This document shows positions 1 through 8,919 of a stretch of DNA of 64,000 nucleotides, piece by piece. Position numbers and translations under genes: made by a program. The stretch comes from an uncultured Oscillospiraceae bacterium (lineage in GTDB: Bacteria > Bacillota > Clostridia > Oscillospirales > Oscillospiraceae): positions 3,167 through 67,166 of the forward strand of contig CAYJLH010000004.1 of assembly GCA_964370925.1 (NCBI GenBank). Reading direction: 5' to 3'. The notes under the pieces are model-generated. The model did not search any database. It worked only from the letters and a program-made list of their open reading frames with translations, and had not been told where the DNA came from. Each line of letters starts with the position of its first letter. The first letter of the stretch is position 1.

Positions 1-14
1 GCTTAGAATAGTTA

Positions 15-43
15 TTGACATAATCATGAGTTTAAAGTATAAT
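15..43 (+). promoter_or_regulatory. sigma-70-type promoter of the valS leader
   Basis: TTGACA 15-20, 17-nt spacer, TATAAT 38-43 (hand counted). Confidence 0.6.
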
Positions 44-298
44 GTATTCGTTAAATGCTGTGAAGAGAAGTAGTATCAAGCTTTTTTGCGTTTCAGAGAG
101 GCGATGTTTGGTGAAAATCGCCCGTAAATACTTGAGAAGTCGTCTCCGAGCTTTGTCGGTGAATTTTATGTAGCCAACAACGTATATTCTGCGTTAAAGA
201 ATTCGAGTGCGGAAATTTTATTTTTCCGAACACAGGTGGTACCACGGTATTTTTTAAAATTATCGCCCTGAGATTTTCTCGGGGCTTTTTTTATTTTT
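44..298 (+). ncRNA. T-box riboswitch leader, valine (GUC) specifier
   Basis: AGAGAG bulge and GGTGAAA distal-loop motif (~95-115). Specifier context GAGAA-GUC-G with GUC at 139-141. T-box core GGTGGTACCACG at 235-246. Terminator GCCCTGAGA/TCTCGGGGC at 265-285 plus T-run. Directly upstream of valS. Confidence 0.85.
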
Positions 299-319
299 AA
301 ATAAGGAGCATTTTTTACT

Positions 320-2941
320 ATGAAAGAACTTCCAAAGATTTACGACCCTAAAGCGGTTGAAAAAAAAATCTATGATATGTGGGTTAAAGGTGGTTATTTT
401 AAGGGCGTTATCGACCCCGAAAAGAAACCTTTTACTATAGTTATCCCACCACCAAATGTCACAGGTCAACTGCATCTTGGACATGCTTTTGACGAGACTA
501 TACAAGACGTTTTAACACGTGTTAAGCGTATGCAAGGCTATTCTGCGCTTTGGATTCCCGGAACTGACCACGCAGGCATAGCAACTCAAATCAAGGTCGA
601 AGAGGAACTTCGTGTTAAAGAGGGAAAAACTCGTTACGACCTCGGACGTGAGGCATTTTTAGAGCGTGTTTGGGATTGGAAGCACAAATACGGTAGCCGT
701 ATTGTCGAACAACTTAAAACTCTTGGTTGCTCATGTGACTGGGATAGAGAGCGCTTTACTATGGACGAGGGTTGCTCAAAAGCTGTGCGCGAAGTTTTTG
801 TTTCACTTTACGAAAAAGGGCTTATTTATAAAGGCAATCGCATTATCAACTGGTGTCCAACTTGCACAACTGCACTTTCTGATGCTGAGGTTAACCACGA
901 AGAAAAACCCGGTAACTTCTGGCACATTAAATATCCAATAAAAGACAGCGACGAATTCTTAATAATTGCCACCACTCGTCCCGAAACTATGCTCGGTGAC
1001 TCCGGTGTCGCTGTTAGCCCCGACGACGAGAGATATGCTCATCTAATCGGCAAAACATGCATACTTCCGCTGATGAACCGTGAAATGCCTATCATCGCCG
1101 ACGAATATGTTGACAAAGAATTTGGTACAGGTTGCGTTAAAATGACACCTTGTCATGACCCTAATGACTTTGAAGTCGGTCAACGTCACAATCTTGAGCA
1201 AATCCTTATCATGGATGAAAACGCTAAGATTATCAACGGCGGAAAATATAACGGCATGGACAGATACGAAGCTCGCCGTGAAATTATAAAAGACCTTGAA
1301 GAACTTGGTTTGTTAGTTAAAATAGAGCCACATAACCACAATGTCGGCACATGCTACCGCTGTGGAACTGTTGTCGAGCCTATCACAAGCCCACAATGGT
1401 TTGTTAAAATGGAACCTCTTGCGAAAGAAGCTATGGAAGTTGTTCGTGACGGGCAGATTAAATTTGTACCTGACCGCTTCGTAAAAACTTATGAAAATTG
1501 GATGGAAAATGCTCATGACTGGTGCATTTCTCGTCAACTTTGGTGGGGACATCGTATCCCTGTTTGGTACTGCTCAGACTGCGACCACATGACAGTTTCT
1601 CGTGAAGATGTCTGCGAATGTGAAAAATGCCAAAGCAAAAATATCGAGCGTGATGAAGATGTTTTGGACACTTGGTTCTCTTCTGCGCTTTGGCCTTTCT
1701 CAACTTTGGGCTGGCCTGATAAAACACCTGATTTAGATTATTTCTACCCAACTGACGTCCTTGTCACAGGTTATGATATTCTATTTTTCTGGGTTGCTCG
1801 TATGATTTTCTCTGCCAATGAGCACACAAAACAAGTGCCTTTCCACACTGTATTTTTCCACGGATTAATCCGTGATGCAGAGGGCAGAAAAATGAGTAAG
1901 AGCCTTGGAAATGGCGTTGACCCACTTGATGTCATCGACACTTACGGCGCTGACGCACTGCGCTTCAACATCATCACAGGCAACAGCCCAGGAAACGACA
2001 TGCGCTATTATAACGAGCGTTGTGAGGCTATGAGAAACTTTGCAAATAAGGTCTTTAATGCTTCTCGTTTCGTTATGATGAACCTTACAATCGAGAAAAA
2101 CGAGCTTCCCGAAAAACTTGAACTTGAGGATAGATGGATTTTATCAAAACTCAATACTCTTGCAAAAGATGTCTGCGACAACTTCGACAAATACGAGCTT
2201 GGAATTGCCGCCGGTAAAATTTATGACTTCATTTGGGACAGCTATTGTGACTGGTATATCGAGCTAATCAAACCACGTCTAAACGGTGACGACAAAGAAC
2301 TAAATCTTTCCGCTCAAAAAGTTATGCTTTATGTTTTGACAGAAATTTTGAAGTTACTACACCCATTTATGCCTTTCATCACAGAGGAAATTTGGCAAGC
2401 ACTCCCCCACGAGGGCGAGGCACTTATGATAGAGCGCTATCCGGAATTCACAGAAAAACTAAACTTCCCACAGGACGAAACTGACTTCGAAACCATCATG
2501 TCTGCTATACGCTCTGTTAGAAGCACACGTGCTGAAATGAATGTTCCTCCATCCAAAAAACCAACTTTGATTATCGTAACAGAGAAAACAGCTGTGTTTG
2601 AAAAAGGCCTAGTTTTCCTATCAAAACTTGCATATGCAGGTAGCGTTGAAATCTCAACAACTGCACCCGAAAGCCTCGACGGAATGGTTAGCGTCGTGAC
2701 TGATGAGGCGAAGATGTTCATGCCAATGGCAGAGCTTGTCGACCTCGACAAGGAGCGTGCGAGAATTCAAAAAGAAATCGAAAAAGCCGAAAAAGAGCTT
2801 GCAATGCAAGAGGGCAAACTGAAAAATGAAAAATTCATTTCAAAAGCGCCCGAGAATATAGTTGCTCAAGAGCGTGAAAAAGCCGAGAAAACAAAAGCAC
2901 TTCTTGAAAACCTCAAAGAGAGCTTAAAAAACCTAGGTTAA
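320..2941 (+). CDS. valS: valyl-tRNA synthetase
   Basis: 873-aa ORF. HIGH-type motif ([13 protein letters not shown]), KMSKS ([10 protein letters not shown]), C-terminal coiled coil. GGAG RBS. Preceded by a Val T-box. Confidence 0.98.
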   Translation: MKELPKIYDPKAVEKKIYDMWVKGGYFKGVIDPEKKPFTIVIPPPNVTGQLHLGHAFDETIQDVLTRVKRMQGYSALWIPGTDHAGIATQIKVEEELRVKEGKTRYDLGREAFLERVWDWKHKYGSRIVEQLKTLGCSCDWDRERFTMDEGCSKAVREVFVSLYEKGLIYKGNRIINWCPTCTTALSDAEVNHEEKPGNFWHIKYPIKDSDEFLIIATTRPETMLGDSGVAVSPDDERYAHLIGKTCILPLMNREMPIIADEYVDKEFGTGCVKMTPCHDPNDFEVGQRHNLEQILIMDENAKIINGGKYNGMDRYEARREIIKDLEELGLLVKIEPHNHNVGTCYRCGTVVEPITSPQWFVKMEPLAKEAMEVVRDGQIKFVPDRFVKTYENWMENAHDWCISRQLWWGHRIPVWYCSDCDHMTVSREDVCECEKCQSKNIERDEDVLDTWFSSALWPFSTLGWPDKTPDLDYFYPTDVLVTGYDILFFWVARMIFSANEHTKQVPFHTVFFHGLIRDAEGRKMSKSLGNGVDPLDVIDTYGADALRFNIITGNSPGNDMRYYNERCEAMRNFANKVFNASRFVMMNLTIEKNELPEKLELEDRWILSKLNTLAKDVCDNFDKYELGIAAGKIYDFIWDSYCDWYIELIKPRLNGDDKELNLSAQKVMLYVLTEILKLLHPFMPFITEEIWQALPHEGEALMIERYPEFTEKLNFPQDETDFETIMSAIRSVRSTRAEMNVPPSKKPTLIIVTEKTAVFEKGLVFLSKLAYAGSVEISTTAPESLDGMVSVVTDEAKMFMPMAELVDLDKERARIQKEIEKAEKELAMQEGKLKNEKFISKAPENIVAQEREKAEKTKALLENLKESLKNLG

Positions 2942-2985
2942 TCGACAACTTTCGAGAGCTTTTTAACTAAATAATGTATAAAATA

Positions 2986-3016
2986 ACACTGTGCAAAATC
3001 GCACAGTGTTTTTTTA
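2986..3016 (+). terminator. rho-independent terminator after valS
   Basis: ACACTGTGC-aaaatc-GCACAGTGT followed by a T7 run. Confidence 0.8.
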
Positions 3017-3055
3017 TACAAAAAATTTCACATACATTCAGAAAGCGGTGAATTA

Positions 3056-3385
3056 ATGAAAATTACATCAAGTAGAAATGACGGGCATCTCTATATTTTT
3101 TTATCTGGAGAGTTAGACCACCATGGAGCAAAGGATGGATTTGTAAAAATCTCAGCCATTTTGGACGAATACATGCCACAAAGTTGCATAATTGATATGT
3201 CAGGACTAACTTTTATGGACAGCTCAGGCATCGCTTTGGTGCTTCGAGTATATAAAACTGTTTCAAATTACGGCGGTGCGACCATGGTCCAAAATCCTTC
3301 AAGGCAACCGTTTAAGGTCTTGGAAGCGGCAAAACTTGAAAGAATTGTAAAAATATTATGTACAACAGCGGAGGGCGAAAGATGA
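3056..3385 (+). CDS. spoIIAA: anti-sigma-F factor antagonist (STAS domain)
   Basis: 109 aa. STAS pattern (FMDSSGIALVLRV). First gene of the conserved spoIIAA-spoIIAB-sigF order. ATGA overlap with the next gene. Confidence 0.9.
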   Translation: MKITSSRNDGHLYIFLSGELDHHGAKDGFVKISAILDEYMPQSCIIDMSGLTFMDSSGIALVLRVYKTVSNYGGATMVQNPSRQPFKVLEAAKLERIVKILCTTAEGER

Positions 3386-3825
3386 ACAAACTAAACTATA
3401 TAAGACTAGAAATTCCAAGTAAAAGTATTAATGAATCCTTTGCGAGGGCAGCGGTTGCGTGCTTTGCGGCACAAACCGACCCTACGCTTGAGGAATTAAA
3501 TGACATAAAAACAGCAGTTAGTGAGGCAATCACCAACTGCATTGTACATGCCTATCCCGAAGAAATCGGCAAAATTTTACTTAAGGCGACAATTTACGAA
3601 GATAACAGCATCGAAATCATCATCCGTGATTGGGGTAACGGAATTTCCGATATTACTAAGGCTCGTGAGCCGATGTTCACAACAGGTGGCGACGACAGGA
3701 GCGGAATGGGTTTTACAATTATGGAGAGTTTTATGGACGAGCTTAAAGTTCGTTCGACAAACGGACGTGGCACGACGGTGACACTCAGACGAAAAATCAC
3801 CAACAGAGGAAAGAGAGCTGAATGA
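3382..3825 (+). CDS. spoIIAB: anti-sigma-F factor / serine kinase
   Basis: HATPase-type motifs EAITNCIVHAY, DWGNGI, SGMGFTIM. Start placed at ATG 3382 (ATGA overlap with the spoIIAA stop) instead of ORF-track 3358. Confidence 0.9.
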   Translation: MNKLNYIRLEIPSKSINESFARAAVACFAAQTDPTLEELNDIKTAVSEAITNCIVHAYPEEIGKILLKATIYEDNSIEIIIRDWGNGISDITKAREPMFTTGGDDRSGMGFTIMESFMDELKVRSTNGRGTTVTLRRKITNRGKRAE

Positions 3826-4526
3826 CGTCAAACGAAGAGCTAATCCGTGCCGCACAACAGGGCGACAACGACGCTATGGAGGCAGTTGTCACCGAAAACA
3901 CCGGTCTTATTTGGAGTGTTGCTAGGAGGTTTTGCGGTCGTGGTGTTGACCTTGACGACCTCTATCAGCTCGGTTGTGTTGGTTTTATTAAAGCGGTGCA
4001 AGGCTTTGACGAGAGCTATGGCACTCGCTTTTCCACCTATGCTGTGCCAAAAATTTCGGGTGAAATTCGCAGATTTTTGCGAGATGACGGCAGTGTTAAA
4101 GTCAGCCGTGGCATAAAAGAGCGTGCAAATGTTATCCGAACCGCACGAAATGTGCTTGAGCAAAAACTGGGAAGAGAGCCTACAATCTCAGAGATTTCAG
4201 AAGAAACCGGTCTTGATATCGAAGAAATTGCAATCGCCGAAACCGCCACAGGACCGACAGAATCGCTCAACCGTGAAAGCGGCGAGGACGGTTTCACTCT
4301 TGAGCATGTCTTGGGAGATTTTAACCAGGAGGAGCGTATGCTCGAGCGTGTCGCTCTCAAAGAAGCGCTTGCTGTGCTTTCTGAACGGGAACAAATGGTT
4401 ATTTCTTTGAGGTTTTTCCATGGACTTACACAGGATAAGACAGCGAAATCTTTGGGTGTTTCTCAGGTTCAAGTTTCTAGGCTTGAGAGGAAGGCTTTGG
4501 TGGCATTACGGGAGTTTTTGGAGTAA
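3822..4526 (+). CDS. sigF: sporulation sigma factor F
   Basis: 234-aa sigma-70 family (FSTYAVPKISGEIRRFLRD; TQDKTAKSLGVSQVQVSRLERKAL). Overlaps the spoIIAB stop. Operon context. Confidence 0.9.
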   Translation: MTSNEELIRAAQQGDNDAMEAVVTENTGLIWSVARRFCGRGVDLDDLYQLGCVGFIKAVQGFDESYGTRFSTYAVPKISGEIRRFLRDDGSVKVSRGIKERANVIRTARNVLEQKLGREPTISEISEETGLDIEEIAIAETATGPTESLNRESGEDGFTLEHVLGDFNQEERMLERVALKEALAVLSEREQMVISLRFFHGLTQDKTAKSLGVSQVQVSRLERKALVALREFLE

Positions 4527-4556
4527 TTTTATCTATGCAAGAACGTGTCTCCGACG

Positions 4557-4584
4557 GTATACTTTTTGAAACCAAAAAGTATAC
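4557..4584. repeat. left terminal 28-nt palindrome (12-bp stem, loop AAAC)
   Basis: GTATACTTTTTG AAAC CAAAAAGTATAC. Confidence 0.9.
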
Positions 4585-4981
4585 AAAAAGTTTCGGGGGT
4601 TTCGTCCCCCGAGCGCCGAAGAGGCGGAAAGGGTGCTGAGAAAGCCACAAAAAAAGTTTGCAAACCCAGAAGCAGTTGCAAACGCACGAAAATATTCATA
4701 ATCCACGGCTATCGCCGCCTCAGCCCGCATCTACTCACTTGCAAAACTTAAAAAGAAAAGCGTATCTTTTTGCGAACTAAATCCCAAGTACAGGCTGACC
4801 TTGCGACTTGTCGCAAATGCGGGGGTATTCCAAAAGGGGGTCAGGCGACCCCCTTTGGTCGCTGGGGTGAGGATTTTTAAGGAGAGGGGAATCACGAAAT
4901 TCCCTCTCCTTAAACGTGTCTTTGCTTACTTTCTGCTCGTACAGAAAGTAAGTCATCGAAGATTATCCTCTACTAATATTT

Positions 4982-5009
4982 GTATACTTTTTGGTTTCAA
5001 AAAGTATAC
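4982..5009. repeat. right terminal 28-nt palindrome (12-bp stem, loop GTTT), exact reverse complement of 4557-4584
   Basis: GTATACTTTTTG GTTT CAAAAAGTATAC. Confidence 0.9.
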
Positions 5010-5050
5010 CCACGGAGTGAACTATTTCAATATCATAAAAAAGGATAAAT

Positions 5051-6682
5051 TCAATTACCTTGTTTCTCTAACGCCGCTCCAACAAGCCCCAAAAACAAAG
5101 GATGCGGATTATTCGGTCTGGTTTTAAACTCAGGATGAAATTGCACTGCCACAAAATAGCTATGCTCTTTTATTTCAACGGCTTCAACTAAACTTCCATC
5201 GGGCGATAAACCTGAAATCAAAAGTCCTTTTTCCGCCATCACTTCCCTATATGAATTATTAAACTCATATCTGTGTCTGTGTCGCTCTGAAATGCTCTTT
5301 TTCGCATACAGTTCCCTCATTTTGCTGTTGTCTTGCAACTCACAAGGGAAAGCTCCAAGGCGCATTGTGCCACCTTTTTCGTTAATATTTATCTGTTCCT
5401 CCATTATGTGAACAACGGGATGCGGCGATATTTCGTCAAATTCTGTCGAATGTGCTTTGTCAAGTTTACATACATTTCTAGCGAATTCAATCGCAGCAAC
5501 TTGCATCCCAAGACAAATCCCAAGAAAAGGCAAATCATTTTCTCTCGCATATTTGCAAGCAGAAATCATGCCCTCAACTCCCCTGTCACCAAAGCCACCG
5601 GGGAGTACCATTCCGTCAACGTCGCCAAGCTCTTCGGCGACATTTTTTTCTGTCAAAAATTCGCTGTCGACCCACTTAATTTCTATTTCTGCACCCTTAC
5701 CATAACCTGCGTGCTCAAGTGCTTCATTGACTGAAAAATACGCGTCGTGGAACTGAACATATTTCCCAACCATCGCAATTCTAACCTGTCTTTTTCGATT
5801 TGCGATTTTTTGGAGCATCTCTTTCCACTCCCTTAAATCACAGTCGTTAGCTTCGATTTCAAACTCACGGCAAACAACCTCATCCAAACCTTTTTCATGT
5901 AGCATTATCGGCGCTTCGTAAAGACATGGAAGAGTATAATTTTCTATGACGCAGTCGGGTTTTACATTGCAAAACATAGATATTTTTTGGAGAATACTGG
6001 GGTTAATCGGCTCGTCAGCTCTCGCTACGATTATGTCAGGTGAAATACCTATAGAGCGCAGTTCTTTGACCGAGTGTTGAGTTGGTTTCGACTTATGTTC
6101 TCCACCGCCTTTTAGATATGGAACTAGGGTCACATGGATAAAAAGACAGTTCGTTTTTCCAACTTCAAGTGCAACTTGTCTTATAGTCTCTAAAAACGGT
6201 TGGCACTCGATATCACCTGTCGTCCCACCTATTTCGGTAATTAAAACATCCGCTCCACTTTGCTCTGCACCGGCATAAATGAACTTTTTAATTTCGTTTG
6301 TAATATGCGGAATTACTTGAACAGTTTGCCCTAAATACCCACCTTTTCTTTCACGACTGAGAACATTATCATAAACTTTTCCCGAAGTCAAATTTGAAAG
6401 TTTTGATAGATTTTCATCTATAAAACGCTCATAATGCCCCAAATCAAGGTCAGTTTCAGCACCGTCATCAGTTACATAAACTTCGCCATGTTGAAATGGA
6501 CTCATAGTTCCGGGGTCAATGTTCATATAAGGGTCGAGTTTTTGAGCTGTCACTTTTAAGCCTCTTTGCTTCAAAAGTCTGCCCAAACTCGCTGCCGTAA
6601 TTCCTTTGCCCAAACCAGAAACAACACCGCCGGTTACAAATATAAATTTAGTATTTCTCTGCTTATTATCACTTGTTTTCAT
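5051..6682 (-). CDS. pyrG: CTP synthase
   Basis: 543 aa. [17 protein letters not shown]-terminus. C-terminal glutamine amidotransferase ([15 protein letters not shown]). Confidence 0.97.
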   Translation of the reverse strand: MKTSDNKQRNTKFIFVTGGVVSGLGKGITAASLGRLLKQRGLKVTAQKLDPYMNIDPGTMSPFQHGEVYVTDDGAETDLDLGHYERFIDENLSKLSNLTSGKVYDNVLSRERKGGYLGQTVQVIPHITNEIKKFIYAGAEQSGADVLITEIGGTTGDIECQPFLETIRQVALEVGKTNCLFIHVTLVPYLKGGGEHKSKPTQHSVKELRSIGISPDIIVARADEPINPSILQKISMFCNVKPDCVIENYTLPCLYEAPIMLHEKGLDEVVCREFEIEANDCDLREWKEMLQKIANRKRQVRIAMVGKYVQFHDAYFSVNEALEHAGYGKGAEIEIKWVDSEFLTEKNVAEELGDVDGMVLPGGFGDRGVEGMISACKYARENDLPFLGICLGMQVAAIEFARNVCKLDKAHSTEFDEISPHPVVHIMEEQININEKGGTMRLGAFPCELQDNSKMRELYAKKSISERHRHRYEFNNSYREVMAEKGLLISGLSPDGSLVEAVEIKEHSYFVAVQFHPEFKTRPNNPHPLFLGLVGAALEKQGN

Positions 6683-7250
6683 ACAATTTTAAAATCCCCT
6701 CTGCTATTGCTCGCCTTGTCGACCGTGAATCCATCGCCTGTCTTTCTATATACTTGTGTGCCTCCTGCTCGGACATGCTCAAATAAGAAACAAGCACATG
6801 TTTCGCCCTGTCGACTATCCTAATATCTTCAATTTTTTGTACTAACTTTTGGTTTTCTTTTTGCATTTGCGACATTCTTCTATGTGCTGCCCTCGCAAGT
6901 TTTAATGAAAACCAGAACATATTTTTATTTATCGGTTTGGCAACAGTTATAACTCCATAATCTTCAACCAATTCCGATATTTCTTCATAATGCTCACTTT
7001 TTACGATTAATATAACAGTGCTTTTACTTTGTGTTGCAATGAAAGTCGAAAGTTTCTCACCTGATTCGTCTTTCATCGGCGCATTGATAACAACTAAGTC
7101 GAAATCCTGTCCTTGAATTAACCGTCTAGCCTCTGAACCGCTGGTGACAGTCACTATTCTTTCAAGTGAAAAATCTTTCAATGTGTCACTCACAAAAGCT
7201 GTTCCCTTTTCAAATCCGGATACTATAAGAGCCGTTTCAATAACTTCCAC
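6669..7250 (-). CDS. ANTAR-domain RNA-binding antiterminator with pseudo-receiver domain
   Basis: C-terminal ANTAR pattern ([43 protein letters not shown]). The receiver-like N-terminus has Asn at the acceptor position (DLVVINAPM) and no DD pair. Located downstream of glnA. Confidence 0.85.
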   Translation of the reverse strand: MEVIETALIVSGFEKGTAFVSDTLKDFSLERIVTVTSGSEARRLIQGQDFDLVVINAPMKDESGEKLSTFIATQSKSTVILIVKSEHYEEISELVEDYGVITVAKPINKNMFWFSLKLARAAHRRMSQMQKENQKLVQKIEDIRIVDRAKHVLVSYLSMSEQEAHKYIERQAMDSRSTRRAIAEGILKLYENK

Positions 7251-7276
7251 CGCCTTTACTGTTTACTGAATTTCGA

Positions 7277-8596
7277 TTAATATTGATTAAAATAATTCGC
7301 TTTTACAAACAGTTCTTTATCGCTTGCATTTTCAAGCTCAAGGATTTCATCCGCTTTAATATCTGAATATTTTGACAGTAATTCCTCACCCAAAACCGCC
7401 TTTACAAGCTCAGATTTTTCCGCAATTTTAATCGCTTCAATAAGATTTTCGGGAAGTTTTCGCATTTTTTTCGAAGTATCCGCATTCAATTCCCTGATTT
7501 CTATATCGGTAGGCGCAGGCAGTTTCAACCCATTTTCCATGCCATATAATCCCGCTCCTATGATGAGCGCAAAGGCAATATATGGATTTATAGTTGGGTC
7601 AGGCGAGCGAAGCTCCATTCTCATTCTATCGCCCGACGCTGTTGGAATTCTCACAAGTTGCGACCTATTTTGAGCCGACCACGACACATAAGACGGGGCT
7701 GCTAGTTTTCCAAATCTGTCATATGAATTTATAGTCGGATTTAAAAACAGAGTTATCTCTTCAATTTTTTCAAGCACGCCGGCAACAAAGCTCTCGGCAG
7801 CTTCGCTTAACATTTCGTCCTTTGATCCGAAAATATTTTCACCATTTTTGAAAAGAGAAATGTTTACATGAAGTCCGCTTCCGCTATAATCTTTCAGTGG
7901 TTTTGGCATGAATGATGCGAAAAGTCCATTTCTCGCCGCTATGGCTTTCACGACAGATTTAAAGGTCAACAGATTGTCAGCACAACTTAGCGCATCGCTG
8001 TATTTAAAGTCAATTTCGTTTTGTCCTGGCCCTTTTTCATGGTGAGATGCCTCGGGTTTTAGTCCCATTTCCTCGAGGTTTAAGCAAATATCTCGTCTGA
8101 TATTCTCACCCTTATCGAGCGGTGATATGTCGAGGTAACTACCATAATCTAAGGTGTCATAGGTTGGGTTTGAGTCGTCATCAGTTTTAAATAAGTAAAA
8201 CTCACACTCAACACCGATTTTGCAAACATAGCCTTTTTCCTCAATTTGCTGTAACACTCTTTTTAATATGTATCTGCTGTCCTGAGAAAAAAGCTTCCCG
8301 TCAGGAGTTTTAATATCGCAGTAAAAACGCAAAACCCTCCCCGGTCCCGGTCTCCATGGCAAAACAGTTAATGTATCAGGATCTGGAAACAAAAGAAGGT
8401 CTGATGTCGTGATATCTTTAAATCCGTGTATGGACGATGCATCAAAAGGCACACCGTTTTCGAAAGCGTGTCCCAGCTCTTCGGACATAAGCGAAATGTT
8501 CTTGTGTACTCCAAACGGGTCACAAAAGCTCAGCCTAACAAATCTTACGTCATTTTCTCTTACGAATTGCAGGACCTCTTTCACTGTACTATTCAT
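7277..8596 (-). CDS. glnA: glutamine synthetase, type I
   Basis: 439 aa. Motifs GSGLHVNISL and NRSQLVRIP. Length and N-terminal beta-grasp are typical of GSI. Confidence 0.95.
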   Translation of the reverse strand: MNSTVKEVLQFVRENDVRFVRLSFCDPFGVHKNISLMSEELGHAFENGVPFDASSIHGFKDITTSDLLLFPDPDTLTVLPWRPGPGRVLRFYCDIKTPDGKLFSQDSRYILKRVLQQIEEKGYVCKIGVECEFYLFKTDDDSNPTYDTLDYGSYLDISPLDKGENIRRDICLNLEEMGLKPEASHHEKGPGQNEIDFKYSDALSCADNLLTFKSVVKAIAARNGLFASFMPKPLKDYSGSGLHVNISLFKNGENIFGSKDEMLSEAAESFVAGVLEKIEEITLFLNPTINSYDRFGKLAAPSYVSWSAQNRSQLVRIPTASGDRMRMELRSPDPTINPYIAFALIIGAGLYGMENGLKLPAPTDIEIRELNADTSKKMRKLPENLIEAIKIAEKSELVKAVLGEELLSKYSDIKADEILELENASDKELFVKANYFNQY

Positions 8597-8715
8597 AAAT
8601 CCCTCTCCTCACATTATTAAAATCGTCATAAAAGCGAAAAACGCCCATCAAAACGCAGAAAGAGGCAAAGCCCTCCCCCTGATATGTTTGATGAACGCCC
8701 TTGTTCATTGCTGTC
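8597..8715 (-). promoter_or_regulatory. glnA 5' leader with hexaloop hairpin and terminator-like structure (candidate ANTAR target)
   Basis: RNA sense: ATGAAC-AAGGGC-GTTCAT (8691-8708). Its 3' arm overlaps CATCAAA, which pairs with TTTGATG (8646-8652). That pairing encloses a 10-bp hairpin (8656-8681) and is followed by GGGCGTTTTTCGCTTTT. Confidence 0.45.
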
Positions 8716-8744
8716 AGTATACATGTTTTATCAGTATTTGTCAA
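8716..8744 (-). promoter_or_regulatory. glnA promoter
   Basis: Minus strand: TTGACA (8744-8739), 17 nt, TATACT (8721-8716). Confidence 0.6.
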
Positions 8745-8766
8745 TAAATAATTACTATCTTTTCTG

Positions 8767-8785
8767 TGTAATTCTAACAATTACA
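8767..8785. promoter_or_regulatory. 19-bp perfect palindrome between divergent glnA and asnA promoters (candidate operator)
   Basis: TGTAATT-ctaac-AATTACA. Confidence 0.3.
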
Positions 8786-8835
8786 ATGTATATTAGGCTA
8801 ATTTCAAAAAATTCAGGTTTTTTTCAAAAAAGCTA

Positions 8836-8864
8836 TTGACAAGGCACAATTACTGTGATATACT
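8836..8864 (+). promoter_or_regulatory. asnA promoter
   Basis: TTGACA 8836-8841, 17 nt, TATACT 8859-8864. Confidence 0.6.
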
Positions 8865-8874
8865 TCGGGACATG

Positions 8875-8919
8875 ACAGCAAAGGCGCTGTGAGCTTATGG
8901 CTCGCAGTGCCATTTTTTT
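8875..8919 (+). terminator. leader terminator/attenuator upstream of asnA with overlapping hexaloop hairpin
   Basis: 12-bp stem GGCGCTGTGAGC (8883-8894) / GCTCGCAGTGCC (8900-8911) with 2 G-U pairs, then A+T7. The alternative hairpin ACAGC-AAAGGC-GCTGT (8875-8890) uses the 5' arm. Confidence 0.7.

Larger units (their letters stand above)
4549..5017. repeat. hairpin-dense non-coding element bounded by ~36-nt inverted repeats (MITE-, inverton- or structured-RNA-like)
   Basis: Ends CTCCGACG-GTATACTTTTTG-AAAC-CAAAAAGTATAC (4549-4584) and its reverse complement (4982-5017, 2 mismatches in the flank). At least 8 further perfect or near-perfect hairpins inside. No credible CDS. Confidence 0.55.

Noticed and set aside
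4549-5017. Possibility that the structured region is a known housekeeping RNA (tmRNA, RNase P, 6S, SRP RNA, group II intron domain V)
   Set aside because: I could not find the signature strings I remember. These are GAGGAAAGUCC for the RNase P P4 helix, a tRNA-like GGGG...UCCACCA end for tmRNA, the SRP GGAAG/AGCA motif, and the domain V consensus. This check was by eye only.
4533-5127. Three ORF-track ORFs (4533-4730 minus strand, 4545-4751 plus strand, 4801-5127 plus strand) inside the sigF-pyrG spacer
   Set aside because: They have no RBS and run straight through perfect hairpins. Their composition is Arg/Lys/Pro-biased, typical of GC-rich non-coding sequence. The last one overlaps pyrG antisense. 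I treat the region as non-coding.
8767-8785. Calling the palindrome a TnrA/GlnR box
   Set aside because: The half-sites fit (TGTAA/TTACA), but the spacing is 9 nt rather than the canonical 7. I keep it only as an unassigned candidate operator.
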